Part shown: positions 20,260 to 31,531 of the stretch, piece after piece | Position numbering within the stretch: the stretch's first letter is position 1 | Layout: each line of letters opens with the position of its first letter | Assembly: GCA_963826525.1 (NCBI GenBank) | Contig: CAWGXH010000004.1 | Location: 384,001-448,000, forward strand | DNA from: an uncultured Methanomicrobiaceae archaeon | Lineage (GTDB): Archaea; Halobacteriota; Methanomicrobia; Methanomicrobiales; Methanoculleaceae | Direction of reading: 5' to 3' | Length of the DNA stretch: 64,000 bases | Notes under the pieces: model-generated | Told to the model about the DNA's origin: nothing | What the model saw: only the letters and a program-made list of their open reading frames with translations | Databases searched by the model: none | Made by a program: the position numbers and the translations under genes

Positions 20260-20899
20260 GGTCTCACTCCGCTCACATGGTGCATTGCGTCCGATATGCT
20301 GTATGCGGATACCAACGAGGTAACCACCTGTAACCCGGATAAACTATATAAACATTTCCTTTAAAGGCCAAGTTCTCCATTCGCCAGCCAGAGGCATTCA
20401 CACCCTCGGGAAGACCGGAATTTCCAAAAAACTCCGAGAATCATACGGTGGAAGACACCCAAAAAGCGTATATCGAGGAGTTCCCATCCCGTTGCAGCAC
20501 CGGTCATAACGGCATCGAGCCAACCGGCTTCCGGGAATCCTCTGCCGATTCGCCCCGGTGACCATAGCGCCCGCCCGGGAAGGCAGGGGAGACCGGATGC
20601 ACAATGTATAAATATACGAACGGAGCTGACAACGAGACGACCTGCATAGATGCGGATTGAAGCGACCGGAGATGGAAGGAGAAGAGCCAGCCTCTCACAA
20701 TCTTCCCATACCGTTCATCATGATCTTCCACCCCGCATCAGTTTCGATCGTGAGCCACGGCATGGAGACTACCGGGCTCTTCTGCCCACCTTCAGGTATA
20801 TCCGGAGGAGCCGAAGCTCCGCAGGATAGCGTAACCATATACCAGGGTATACAGGACATATCCGGCACTGACAGATGAAAAAGGAGTCGACGAGTAATT

Positions 20900-22144
20900 A
20901 TGAAACTACCCATACCGAAAAGCATCGACGATGTACGGCAGCTCCTTACCGATCCACTCTTTAAAAACTCGTTCTTTATTCTGTCCTCCAATGTCATGGG
21001 GATCGTCTTTAGTTTCCTCTTCTGGCTCGTTGCCGCAAGGCTGTACCCAAAAGAGGACGTCGGTGTCGCAACCGCTCTTCTGTCGGCAACGGGACTCCTT
21101 ATCCTCCTCACGCGGTTCGGGCTCGATCAGTCTATCATCCGGTTCTTCCCGCATGGGAACAAGGATAAGATTCTGAGTACGACCATCATGGTGTCGACGG
21201 CGTTCGCACTGCTGCTCGGCGTGATCTTTATCACGGGCATCGACACCTGGTCTCCCGACCTCCAGATCGTCAAGCTCTATCCGCTGATCTTCCTCGGCAT
21301 CCTCGGCCTCGAGTCGACCGCCCACTACGTCGGCCTCTCATTCCTCGCCATACGTAAGTCGGAGTATACATTCATCAGAAACCTCTTTGCGGGGACGCGG
21401 ATATTCTTCCTCTTCCCACTTGTATTCTTCAGCGCACTCGGCATCTACTCCTCCTACGGGCTTGCCGTTCTGCTCTCGTTCCTGGTCTCGCTCATCTTCC
21501 TCGCCCGCGCCGGTCTCAAACCGGCCGGTATCGACAGGCCGTTCCTCCGAGAGTCATTCCGGTATTCTTCAGGCACCTACGTCGCCGGGCTCCTCGCCCT
21601 GCTGCCGGCTCAGATCCTGCCGCTCATGGTGCTGAACGTCCTCGGTGCAACGGAGACGGCGGATTACTACATCGCCTTCACCATGACCTCCGTCCTCTTC
21701 ATCATCCCCCAGTCGGTGACGATGTCGCACTTCGTCGAAGGTAGCCACGGTGAATCATTGAAGAGCATCACCAAAAAGTCGCTTGCGGTCATATTCATAA
21801 CCCTGACACCCGCAGTCATCCTGCTCTACATCTTCGGCGGGTTCTTCCTCGCACTCATCGGAAAGAGCTACGTCGAGGGGCTCGACCTCCTCCGGGTCAT
21901 GGTCCTTTCGAGTTTCTTCGTCGCATTCCAGCAGACCTATCTCTCCATCAAGAAGATTCAGAAGGATATGAGAGAACTCATCGCTATCAGCGCTCTCTCA
22001 TTCGTCCTCCTCATTGGCCTGAGTTACATATTCATGGTGGAGTTCGGGATCGTCGGGATCGGGTATGCGTGGGTGCTCGGGTATGGGATTCTCGCTCTGA
22101 TCATCGGGATACAGATACGCCGGAGCAACTGGCTCAAGGGGTGA
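20900..22144 (+). CDS. Wzx-like oligosaccharide flippase / polysaccharide export protein
   Basis: LFKNSFFIL....FLFWLVAARLY...VG, FGL...IIRFFP; many TM helices. Confidence 0.88.
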   Translation: MKLPIPKSIDDVRQLLTDPLFKNSFFILSSNVMGIVFSFLFWLVAARLYPKEDVGVATALLSATGLLILLTRFGLDQSIIRFFPHGNKDKILSTTIMVSTAFALLLGVIFITGIDTWSPDLQIVKLYPLIFLGILGLESTAHYVGLSFLAIRKSEYTFIRNLFAGTRIFFLFPLVFFSALGIYSSYGLAVLLSFLVSLIFLARAGLKPAGIDRPFLRESFRYSSGTYVAGLLALLPAQILPLMVLNVLGATETADYYIAFTMTSVLFIIPQSVTMSHFVEGSHGESLKSITKKSLAVIFITLTPAVILLYIFGGFFLALIGKSYVEGLDLLRVMVLSSFFVAFQQTYLSIKKIQKDMRELIAISALSFVLLIGLSYIFMVEFGIVGIGYAWVLGYGILALIIGIQIRRSNWLKG

Positions 22145-22519
22145 GCAGCCACTCCGGCCGACCTCCCCCCCATAGAGTGAGTGCGTCCTGGAAGTGTCTG
22201 GGGATTGAAGATCGATCCGGATCGGAGTTCTCTTACGTAATGTCTCGCGCAGCCAATCCCCGGGCTATCGCATCGGGTCAGCCCCCGCCTGCCGGGGGTA
22301 TCTATGACCTCATTCATTCTTCCGGCAGCAGGTTTCCGGCACGGTGAGCGCACCCGGCGTCCAGGGTATCTCTTTGCCGACTGCGGAATCCGGAAATGCC
22401 GGGGAAGTGTTAATCTCTCCCGGCCGAAGCACCGTATCGAGGAGTGGGTCGGCACGAGATGCCTGACGGGAACCCGCAGCTGCTGGCGCTCCGGGAGGCG
22501 TAATAAAAAAGAGGTGATT

Positions 22520-24359
22520 TCAGGCAGCATTCAGGTTTTTCGGCACCGGGTAGAGATACCAGGTGTCGAACTCCCCGTTTGCATACGTCTTATCGAGGCC
22601 GGGATCACTGGAGAGACGGACGAAATCCGGAGCTGAATACTGATGCACCTGCGCCCGGACACTCTCCGGAAACGCCATATATGGGTACCTGGTTCATCTC
22701 CGTCGTCATCAGGTAGAGCGGGGGGTTGGTATCGAGCGATACCGCCAGCGTCCGGTTCGTATCGTACCCGAAATGCGAAGGGATGAAACTATCGAGCTGC
22801 GGCCGGTTGAAGTATTCCGGTGTCCCGTAACCGAAGTAGTACATCTCGTACCTGCCGAGCGGGAGGTCGGTGGTGAGCAGGGGAGTTTTGGTGTCGGCAG
22901 CGGTGAGATACCAGACGACCCCGTCGAGTTCCGACGTCGTGAGTTGAGCGTTTGCTTTCACGATATTCGGGCTGAAGTAGACGTTGAAAACGCCAAAAAA
23001 ACTTGCCCCGATGAGGAGGAAGACCATCGCCCCGAGGAATATCTTCCGCACCGTCGGCCGGTCGATCACCCGGTACTTATGGTAGAAGGTATAGCCGCAG
23101 AGGACAGGGATCACGACCACGGCGTACCGGGCGACCCTGATAGGTTCGAACTCGATGAAGTAGCCGACGACCATCGCAACAGCAAACGCCGTTGCCGCCA
23201 GGACCTGGACGCCATAGTACACTTCAAATCTTCGCGCCTTCCCCTTCAGGAAGAAAACGAGCACCAGCACCAGTGCAATGTACGCAGCGAGGAAGGAGAA
23301 GAGAAGCTGCCCGTACTGGGCAAGCGCTATTCTTCCCATCTCGATGAGCGAGATGTTCGCCTGCTCGGCAAGCCCGCCGTAGTATGAAGCGATCCCCGTG
23401 CTCTCCCCGAAGAGCCCGCCCAGTATTGCTTTCAGTTTCCAGTCGAGCCCTTCAAACGGATTCAGCCAGGTGAAAAGCCCGAGGACGATGGCCAGTATGA
23501 AATAGCGGACGTCGGGCTCGGGTGTGAGAGAGCCTCTCCCGAAGAACCTCTGCGCGACGATACCGGTGAGCCCGAAGACCGTAAAGATGATCAGGGCGAT
23601 GAGGGCGGTCATGGGATGAAAGAAGACGAGGAGGAGCGTCAGCAGCAGTGCAAGGGCCGTGAACGCAACCGGCGAGGTCGAGAGATTCTTGCGGTGGTAG
23701 CACCCGAGCAGGAGCGGGATCATGAAGACCGAGAGGATCGAGGGATGGATGGACTCATGGAAGTATGAGAGGAGCAGCGGAATCGAGAAGGCCAGAATGA
23801 AGAAGAGCGGCCCTTTGCACGGCGAGACTGTCTTTGCCAGAAAGAGCATGAAGACGATGAAGGCGAGCGAGAAGAAGATAGCCAGAAACATCGCCGCTTG
23901 ATCGAGCGATATGCCGATGTAGTCGAGAACCGAGACGAGGATATGGACCACGGGGTAAAAGTCGTTCGTGGCGATATGGCCGTATTCCACGATCGTCCTG
24001 CTCCAGCCGATATGCGAGAGAACGTCGTTGTTGCCCCGGCCGTAGAGGACGTATCCCCGTATCGCGGGCAGGCCGAGAAAGATCACGTAGGTCAACAGCA
24101 GCGGGATGAGGCCGAAGAGCCAGTACCAGGTCACCTCCGTTGCCCGGGTGCCGGACCAGACGATGAGCAGGAGGCCGAGCAGGATGCTCACGACGATCGC
24201 CGCCCAGAAGTAGACGGGGTAGGCATCGTAGATGGAGAGCTCATACCCGGTCGCAGGGCCTGATCTGATGATGGTCAGCAGAAGAACGAAGATACAGGCC
24301 ATCTGGCCGAGGGCAAGTATTTTTGCAAGGCGGTAATCGGGCGGGACGACGAAGGCCAT
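22520..24359 (-). CDS. Polytopic membrane protein, candidate Wzy-like polymerase or GT-C fold enzyme (apparent frameshift ~22688)
   Basis: Many TM segments; D...H.G....I...GH....FYP..HIL loop; FFHPMTAL; frame correction extends the C-terminus through DPGLDKTYANGEFDTWY to TGA at 22520; ATG overlaps upstream TAA. Confidence 0.75.
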
Positions 24360-25492
24360 TAAGAGCCTCCCTCCTGCCGCCCCAGCGCCGCCCGGTACTT
24401 CCGCACAGCCTCTTCGAAGGTGAACATCGCCTGGACAAGGCTCTGTCCCCGATCTGCCACCTCCGCAAGATCGCTCCGCTGGAGGCATTCGAGGACGGCA
24501 CCGGCGATCGCGTCAGGGTTATTCTCCGCCATAAGATATCCGGTCTCGCCGTCTCTGATGATATCCGGAATAGAACCTACCGGTGTCGCGAGAACCGGTG
24601 TTCCGCAGGCCATCGCCTCGAGAACGATATTCGGGAGGCCTTCCGAATAAGACGGCACGACAAGCAGTTTCAGCTCGCTGAGCACCTCCGGCAGTCGGTC
24701 GCGGGGCGCCCACCCGGGAAGGCATACGTGATCGTGGAGATGGTAGAGGTCTAAGAGTTCCTCAACCCTTCCGCGCTGGGGGCCGTCTCCCACGATCATG
24801 AAGGAGAGATCACCCTGTTCCTCGAGCACCCGGGGTATCGCCTCGACGAGATTGAGGATCCCCTTCACCTCACTGAGGCGCCCGACGTACCCGACAAGGT
24901 TTTGCCGCTCACCGACCGGCTTTCTGCTCGAAAATAGGGCAAAATCGAGATAATGCTCGTGGGCAATCGCAATTTTGGGGATGAAGGGTTCAAGACCCCG
25001 CTCCCTGACGATCCGGTCTGAATAGATGATGATGGTGTCTGCCAGGTGGAAGTTGATCGATGAGAGGAGCGAGAGCGATCCTGCAAGGTTCTCGCTGTCC
25101 GCGGCAGGATCACGTGTCGGGAACCCGGCAAGACCGATGGCGGTACGTGCCCCGGTGATCTTTGCCGCGAGCATGGGGAGAATGAGACCCTCTCCCCCGA
25201 TGAAGAAGACCCAGGTATCCACGTCTCTTCCGGCTTTCAGCACGGCGTAGGACATCCGGAGCTGGGCGTGAATATACCGTGCGATCTTCGGTCCGATCTT
25301 CTCGGTGTACTGGTGATCTACGCCGGATACCTTCACCCGCGGGTCGTCCCGGAAGGCCAGATATCCTTCGTTCCCCGTGATGAGGTGGAGGTCGCCGCCG
25401 AGCATGGCCATGATAGCCACGAGGTGAGAGAGCGGCGTGGTGCCGCTTGTGGAGAGAGGGAACGTGATAATACCGAGGCTGGAACGCTTCAT
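24359..25492 (-). CDS. Glycosyltransferase family 4
   Basis: YVGRLSEVKG, VGDGP, PSYSEGLPNIVLEAMACG (EX7E). Confidence 0.92.
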   Translation of the reverse strand: MKRSSLGIITFPLSTSGTTPLSHLVAIMAMLGGDLHLITGNEGYLAFRDDPRVKVSGVDHQYTEKIGPKIARYIHAQLRMSYAVLKAGRDVDTWVFFIGGEGLILPMLAAKITGARTAIGLAGFPTRDPAADSENLAGSLSLLSSINFHLADTIIIYSDRIVRERGLEPFIPKIAIAHEHYLDFALFSSRKPVGERQNLVGYVGRLSEVKGILNLVEAIPRVLEEQGDLSFMIVGDGPQRGRVEELLDLYHLHDHVCLPGWAPRDRLPEVLSELKLLVVPSYSEGLPNIVLEAMACGTPVLATPVGSIPDIIRDGETGYLMAENNPDAIAGAVLECLQRSDLAEVADRGQSLVQAMFTFEEAVRKYRAALGRQEGGS

Positions 25493-26673
25493 GAGCCCCG
25501 CTCCTCAAGGACTGTTTTGTACAGATTCTCCATCCGTTCCACGACACTCCCCCAGCCGAACTCGGAGAAGACCATCGTGCGTCCGTCTTCTCCAAACCTT
25601 CGCCGGCCTGCATCGTCCTTGAGCATATCGATGATTGCGGAAGCGAGCTCGTCCCGGTCGTACCGGACGACCCTGCCGCCCCGCCCGTCGATCATCTCCG
25701 CGATGCCGCAGCGATCGGTGAGAATAGCCGCCGTGCCGCAGGCGTTCGCCTCGAGAACCGTATTCGGGAAGGTCTCGTAGAGCGACGGGAGGACATAGAC
25801 ATCAGCATCGATATATGCGCTGAGCTTATCGCGGGTCTCATAGAGGGGGCCGGTGAAGAGGATCCGATCGGCTATACCGAGTGCCGCTATCTGCTGTTTC
25901 AAGGAAGGAAGCAGCCCCCCGTCGGGCCCGACGATGACGAGCCGTGCACGATGCCCCTCCCGGAGGATATCCGCGAACGCATCGACCAGGAGGTCGGTGC
26001 CCTTGATACGGTTGATCCGCCCGAGGAAGAGAATGATCTGCTCGTCGTCCGGGATACCGAACGCCTCCCGGAACCTCCCGGGTTCCGGAAGATCCCGGAA
26101 GAGAGAGAGGTCGACCCCGTTCGGAACGGTGACGATCCTCTCTCTTTCGACGCCCATTGCCTCGTACTGCTCTACCTCCCGTGGGTTGAGGGCAATGACG
26201 CGGGACGCACCCCGGAGCATCCGTTCCCCCCAGATACTGTCGAAGAACCCTTTCAGCCGCTGTACCTGCATAATCTTCGGGAGCGAACCACGCGCCTGCA
26301 GCACGTAGGGGACGTCGTATTTGCGTGCATAGCGGCAGACACCGGCGGTCAGGAGTGCCCGGTACTCGTTCATATGGATGATATCAAATGAGTCAATCTC
26401 CCGCCGGGCCACAACCGGCGAGTAGTAGGGCGTCGGCGGGAGCAGGGACGGCGCATACCTTCGAAGGTTTTCAAAGTAGTATACCCGGACGCCCTCGACA
26501 TCGACCGGAGCGTTGGTCGTAAGGTCGTAGTCCTGGTATGCCCAGTTGGTGGTGTAGACGGTGACCGCATGGCCCCGCGCCGCAAGGTGCCGGGAGAGCT
26601 CATATGTCGAGCGGGCGACACCGCCCGCCTCCCAGATCGGCTTATAGAAGTTCGCTACCTGGAGAATGTTCAT
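25489..26673 (-). CDS. Glycosyltransferase family 4
   Basis: MNILQV...GGV, FLGRINRIKG, PSLYETFPNTVLEANACG; ATG overlaps the upstream stop. Confidence 0.92.
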   Translation of the reverse strand: MNILQVANFYKPIWEAGGVARSTYELSRHLAARGHAVTVYTTNWAYQDYDLTTNAPVDVEGVRVYYFENLRRYAPSLLPPTPYYSPVVARREIDSFDIIHMNEYRALLTAGVCRYARKYDVPYVLQARGSLPKIMQVQRLKGFFDSIWGERMLRGASRVIALNPREVEQYEAMGVERERIVTVPNGVDLSLFRDLPEPGRFREAFGIPDDEQIILFLGRINRIKGTDLLVDAFADILREGHRARLVIVGPDGGLLPSLKQQIAALGIADRILFTGPLYETRDKLSAYIDADVYVLPSLYETFPNTVLEANACGTAAILTDRCGIAEMIDGRGGRVVRYDRDELASAIIDMLKDDAGRRRFGEDGRTMVFSEFGWGSVVERMENLYKTVLEERGS

Positions 26674-28637
26674 TGACGCTGTACCCCCACACCCACAAAT
26701 CCTTTCCCACTCACTCCGCCCGACTGCCCGGCGGCGAGTTCCGGGATCGACCCCTGAGCCGGTACCCCGGCACCTGCCGAAGCCTCCCCGGGGATCGCGG
26801 CTTCGTGCTCCCGGAGAGCGAGGGCGAGAACCAGCATCCGGAAGAGATATTTGGAGTTCAGGTAGGGATACTTCACAAAACCGGAACGAATGAGCAGGCA
26901 TTCGAGGCGCGCCGATAGGCCAGGGCTCTTATCTGCGATATCGCGGAAGATGCGCAGCAGGTTGTAGGATCGGTTCTGCGCCCGTATCCTGCCGTCCCCC
27001 TCTGTGAGAATCGACTCAACCCAGACTTCGGTCTTCTCCGGGTCGAGCACCTTCCGGAGAGCCGCCGGCGGGTTCCGTATGAGAGCGTCACGGATCAGGG
27101 CCTGAATATGCGGGTCGCGGTAGATCCGATCGAAACGGGTGCCTTCCGTCATATAGGGGTTCGGCGCGTTCGTATCCCGGAAGAGCTCCGGAAACCGATC
27201 GCGGTTCATCGCCACGAAGAGAGATTTATCCGTCCTGAGGCGGCTCGGTGTTGCGGCTATCACGTCGATGGTATGCCCGAAGAGGAACGGAGCGAACTGC
27301 GGTATGTAGACACGCCGGAAATAGGCCATCGTCTGCAGAAGGCGGGGACTTCGATGCCGCCAGAAGATGTAATCACGCAGATCGTCCATCTTCCGGATAG
27401 ACGAAGGGCACTCCCGGACGTACCGGTTTCGCTGTCTGCGTAAGTAATCCACTCCCTGTGCAAAGGCATCGGGGAGAAGAATCCGTTCCGGTTGGGCGAA
27501 CTCTCTGAGCGTGTAGAGGTAAGTGTTGAGGAAGACCAGATCGAGGTTTCCCGCAGGCAGTCGCCCCCCCCAGACCTCGTCCCCGCGTAGAATATAGTCA
27601 TACCGGCGGGATGCGTCCTGATAGAACCGGATGCCGAGGAACGCATCCTGGCTGACGACCGTATCGCATTCTCCGCCGGTCGCGGCGATCACGCGATGGA
27701 TATCATCGATGAGGCGAGAGGTTTCGGTCAGGTCGGCATCATAGAAGAAGTGATCTGCACCGAGCTTTTTTGCATAATACTCCCCGACCGAAGCGTCGCT
27801 CGCGGTATAGGCATCCCCGAAATTATAACTGACGGCACCGAAAGGAACCTTCAGTGCATCGAGAAAACCAAGGAGCGATCGCGAGTCGGTTCCGCCGCTC
27901 AGCGTTAAAAGCCCTCGTCCAGGAGGGAGCGCTGCAATATCCTGCGCTATCGCTTCGGCAAGCCTCTCTTTCAGGCTCTCTTCACCCTCGTCCGACGGGC
28001 TGAAGGTCATCTGCCAGTAGAACCGGCAGGCAAGACCGGCACTGTTGGCATAGACGGTACTGCCCCGGCCCCAGGCGGAAGACTTCGTTCCAGAATGTTC
28101 CGTCGCCCCAGAGATGGCCGCTGGCCATAAACTCATGGACCGCACCTTCCCGGATGCCCGGCTGCCACCCATACTTCGCAAGGGCACGGAGCGAGAGCGT
28201 TTCGGGAGAGACGGCGACGTAGCACTCCCTCCATCGGTATAGTACACCGGGTGAGTGCTGAGGTTGTCTGCGGCCACAACGATCTCGTGGTCTTTGCGGG
28301 AGTAGACCACCGCCTGGAAGTGACCGTACCAGTCCCGGAAGAACGATTGTACATCGCCTTCTGCGAGGTTTTCTGCGCAGTTTCGGAGAATATCCTGGGT
28401 GACCGGATTTCCTTTATACAGCGGCCACCCGTACCATGCAACCAGCCAGTCCTCGGAGTCGATGCATCCGTAGGAGTCCTTCCCGGTATGGAGTATGATC
28501 ACCGAGAGATCGTCCCACCGTGTGATGACGTGGCGTAAAAGCCCCGATGACTCGTACATCGTATCTGCAATACCCTCGGCAATCTCCCGCGATAATCCGG
28601 TGGGTTCTCTCTCGAGAACTGCGATGATTCCTGGCGT
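26670..28637 (-). CDS. Asparagine-synthetase-like (AsnB fold) ATP-dependent amide ligase lacking the N-terminal Cys; probable compensating frameshifts ~28080-28230
   Basis: LSGGTDSR PP-loop; Ntn-like N-terminal domain (G.F..V.Y......V.AD.L.THPVYY); alternate frame reads FMASGHLWGDGTFWNEVFRLGPG; start uncertain (28637-28676). Confidence 0.75.
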   Translation of the reverse strand, partial: TPGIIAVLEREPTGLSREIAEGIADTMYESSGLLRHVITRWDDLSVIILHTGKDSYGCIDSEDWLVAWYGWPLYKGNPVTQDILRNCAENLAEGDVQSFFRDWYGHFQAVVYSRKDHEIVVAADNLSTHPVYYTDGGSATSPSLPKRSRSVPLRSMGGSRASGKVRSMSLWPAAISGATEHSGTKSSAWGRGSTVYANSAGLACRFYWQMTFSPSDEGEESLKERLAEAIAQDIAALPPGRGLLTLSGGTDSRSLLGFLDALKVPFGAVSYNFGDAYTASDASVGEYYAKKLGADHFFYDADLTETSRLIDDIHRVIAATGGECDTVVSQDAFLGIRFYQDASRRYDYILRGDEVWGGRLPAGNLDLVFLNTYLYTLREFAQPERILLPDAFAQGVDYLRRQRNRYVRECPSSIRKMDDLRDYIFWRHRSPRLLQTMAYFRRVYIPQFAPFLFGHTIDVIAATPSRLRTDKSLFVAMNRDRFPELFRDTNAPNPYMTEGTRFDRIYRDPHIQALIRDALIRNPPAALRKVLDPEKTEVWVESILTEGDGRIRAQNRSYNLLRIFRDIADKSPGLSARLECLLIRSGFVKYPYLNSKYLFRMLVLALALREHEAAIPGEASAGAGVPAQGSIPELAAGQSGGVSGKGFVGVGVQRQ

Positions 28638-29017
28638 GATTGGTCCCCCTTGAGAATGTATGTGGTTCTGACGCACCGGCCGAGCCGTGACGGATGCACG
28701 ATCGCGTCATGGAAGCCCGGAATAATCCCCCCGGTTCCGTATACTACCGGAGCCTCCCTGCCCTGTGAAGGCGGGCGACGCGCGCTAACGGGTGTAATAG
28801 CAAAACACCTATATATAGGTTACCCACGGCCGGGAGAGCGCCTCGGACAATCCGTTTTTCCCGGAAAAACGGTGGCAGAAGGTAAAAACCAGTGAGCAGC
28901 AGGGCAGCGGTTCCAAGAGAGGGATATAAATATATACCCATATCGACCTAAAGAATAAAAATAAAGAAATAAAATTTATCCCGCTGTTTTCATCAGATAA
29001 AAGAGAATAATGGCAGA

Positions 29018-30094
29018 TTATTCAGCTCCGTTTCCGCCCCGGAGCCTTCTCCGGAGCAGACCACCGTAACACTGCAGACAGAACGGCGTTGTGAGCCACA
29101 CACCGCACTCGAGGAGCGGCAGGACTCCATGCTGCCGTATACGAAGCCGATAACTTTCAAGATTCATCTTCATATAGTTCTCAGCGATCTGCTCGAACCA
29201 CCAGCGGTTCGTAATCCTGCCCTCGGTCACCGCCCGTGAGACATCCGCTATGTGATCGCGAATCCTTCCGGCATCGGCCGGTTCTGCGGGCGAAGGAACA
29301 AAATCGTCATCGACGGTGATGGGAATCGTGGAAAAGTCGTCCACGCCGTCCTTCCCGAGGTCAACGGAGAGGATGCATGAATCGTGCGAGATCCCGTGCG
29401 GCCAGTTCGGATCGAACTGGAACAGGCCGAGCGAATATGCGATCAGTCCGCCGTGGTAGCGTTCCACAGCCTGAATGGTATGGGGGTGGTGCCCAAGGAT
29501 AAGGGTTGCACCGGCATCGACAAGGCTTCTTGCCAGCCGTATCTGCTCTGGAGAGGGATAATAAACGAGCTCCGTACCCCAATGGAGCGATACCGCGACG
29601 TGATCGCACGACTGCTTCAGTGCCCTGATCTCGGAGACCATCCGCTCCTCGATCAGCCTGCTCACGAATACCCCGGCGGGCATGGCACCTCGTCCGAGGG
29701 TGTAGCCGAGAAACCCGATCTGCATGCCGTTCCGCTCGAAGACGGCATGCGAGGACGGGTACCGGGACGTCGACCCGCCGACGAACCCGATGCCGCTCCC
29801 GGCAAGGGTCTTCAGGGTATTGGAAAAACCAAGGGCGCCCATATCGAGAGTATGGTTGTTCGCCACGCTGACGACATCGAAACCGGCATCCGTGAGGTAC
29901 GATGCCCGGGCAGGTGGGACAGCGATGACGTGATGCTTCGGCGCCGGTTCCCCCTCTGTCGAGAGAGCGGTCTCGAGGTTCCCGAAGAGAATATCCTTAT
30001 TTGCGAGGAGATTCCGGACATGCTCGAAAGGGTGGGAACCGTTTACCGTCTGCAACCAGATATCGCCGACCGCCACCAGTCTGACTGTGTCCAT
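29018..30094 (-). CDS. CapA/PGA_cap family metallophosphoesterase-like protein
   Basis: AVGDI, GNLET, VANNHTLDMG, SLHWGTE, GHHPHTIQ, IAYSLG. Confidence 0.9.
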   Translation of the reverse strand: MDTVRLVAVGDIWLQTVNGSHPFEHVRNLLANKDILFGNLETALSTEGEPAPKHHVIAVPPARASYLTDAGFDVVSVANNHTLDMGALGFSNTLKTLAGSGIGFVGGSTSRYPSSHAVFERNGMQIGFLGYTLGRGAMPAGVFVSRLIEERMVSEIRALKQSCDHVAVSLHWGTELVYYPSPEQIRLARSLVDAGATLILGHHPHTIQAVERYHGGLIAYSLGLFQFDPNWPHGISHDSCILSVDLGKDGVDDFSTIPITVDDDFVPSPAEPADAGRIRDHIADVSRAVTEGRITNRWWFEQIAENYMKMNLESYRLRIRQHGVLPLLECGVWLTTPFCLQCYGGLLRRRLRGGNGAE

Positions 30095-30103
30095 CCCGAT
30101 TCC

Positions 30104-31531
30104 TCACAGGTCAGAATTCTCGAGCGGAAGCTCCTGGATCAGGAAACGGTACTTACCCCGTTCCGTACGAGGTATTGAGTCGACGAAGCGGATGGTTATC
30201 TTCACATCCTCACCGAGCTTCTTCTGGGATTCCTGCCGGATGGACTCGGTATCACGGTCGGTATAACCGGGTTTACGCACAATCCTGAGTATAACCTCAC
30301 CCTCTCGTTCCTGGTAAAACTGGAATTGAATAACATTATCAAAGACCGCAGAGTGCATGTTCACAGCGGTCATGGGGATCAGCCGGTCGTTGCTGGTGAC
30401 GATGAACTCCTGCAGCCTTCCCTCCACCTTCTTCAGCAGCGGATACGCCCGTCCGCAGCGGCAGTGATCGGTATCCCTGACGGCGAGGTCCATCGTCCGG
30501 TACCGAATGAGCGGGCAGACGAAGTTGGTCAGATTCGTCGCGACCACCTCGCCGAGTTCTCCGGAACCAGTCACCGGGAGGTTGTCTTTGCCGATCAGTT
30601 CGACGATCCCGTACTCGGGGAAGATGTGGTAGCTCGAGCTCTCCTCGCACTCCCCGGCAAGGACGGTCTGTTCGCTGTTGCCGTACCAACTGTAGACCCG
30701 GCACCCAAAGACGTCCTCGATCAGCTCGCGCTGCCAGGGGTAGAGGTTCTCCGACCCGCAGAGGACGGCCTTCAGCGTCAGAAACGGTTCCACCTCGTGC
30801 TTCTGCATATACGTCGCGAGAATGCTGATGATGGAAGGATAGGCCTGGATATACTTCGGCCGGAACGATCGGATCCGGTCGATATACGCAGGCAGTGTCT
30901 CCTCGGTCATGTGGTATGACGACATGATAAGCCAACGGCCGAAGAGAGCCTTCTTCCAGAATATGCGGCTCTCGGCCGAATCGACGATCTGCCCGCGGAG
31001 GACGACGCACCGGTCGCTGAACCGGTAGCCGACCCGGTCCCACTGCGCCTTCATGAACGCCCACTCCTTCGCTCGCGAGACCCCTTTTTCGTAGTAGAAC
31101 CCCACCGGAATACCGGTCGAACCGCCGGTCGTTACGTACTCAAAGGCGCTCTCCGGATAGTTGGTCGCCCGGAGTTCCGGGAGGTTGTTCTGGATGATCT
31201 CCTTCGTGAGAAAGGGGAGCAGGCGGAGATCGGCGAGGTCCCGGATATCCTCCGGTTTGAGACCACGCTCGTCGAAGATACGCCGGTAGTAGGGGACATG
31301 CTCGTACGCGTGGTCGAGCAGCCGTGACAGTTCGGCACGCTGGTAGGCCTCGAGCTCCTCACGGCTCCACCACTGCGAATGCCGCAGAAAGGCATACGTT
31401 CTTCGGAAGGTGTCGTAGGTCGGGAGCAGGCCGAGAGCCTTAGCCGTAACCGACTCCCGATTGTACACGCGGTCCCAGATCTGAGATATTCCAATTCCCC
31501 CGTTCCACGGCATGACTTCCGCCAGCCACAA
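30104..31531 (-). CDS. Phenylacetate-CoA-ligase/CapK-like adenylate-forming enzyme, copy 1
   Basis: HAYEHVPYYR, LPFLTK, TTGGSTG.P, YGNSE, PLIRYRTMD, VEGR, GKYR. Confidence 0.9.
   Translation of the reverse strand: MWLAEVMPWNGGIGISQIWDRVYNRESVTAKALGLLPTYDTFRRTYAFLRHSQWWSREELEAYQRAELSRLLDHAYEHVPYYRRIFDERGLKPEDIRDLADLRLLPFLTKEIIQNNLPELRATNYPESAFEYVTTGGSTGIPVGFYYEKGVSRAKEWAFMKAQWDRVGYRFSDRCVVLRGQIVDSAESRIFWKKALFGRWLIMSSYHMTEETLPAYIDRIRSFRPKYIQAYPSIISILATYMQKHEVEPFLTLKAVLCGSENLYPWQRELIEDVFGCRVYSWYGNSEQTVLAGECEESSSYHIFPEYGIVELIGKDNLPVTGSGELGEVVATNLTNFVCPLIRYRTMDLAVRDTDHCRCGRAYPLLKKVEGRLQEFIVTSNDRLIPMTAVNMHSAVFDNVIQFQFYQEREGEVILRIVRKPGYTDRDTESIRQESQKKLGEDVKITIRFVDSIPRTERGKYRFLIQELPLENSDL
30584..31396. 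repeat. Near-identical direct repeat, copy A (partner ~35145-35957)
   Basis: Long identical DNA tracts shared by the two PaaK-like genes, e.g. 31141-31379 vs 35703-35941. Confidence 0.9.

Noticed and set aside
20300-20899. Small ORFs (20398-20604, 20504-20731, 20657-20878) between paralog 4 and the flippase
   Set aside because: No convincing SD, motif or codon bias; likely non-coding divergent promoter region
29018-30094. Poly-gamma-glutamate capsule synthesis
   Set aside because: Only a CapA-family gene is present; no CapB/CapC ligase in the window
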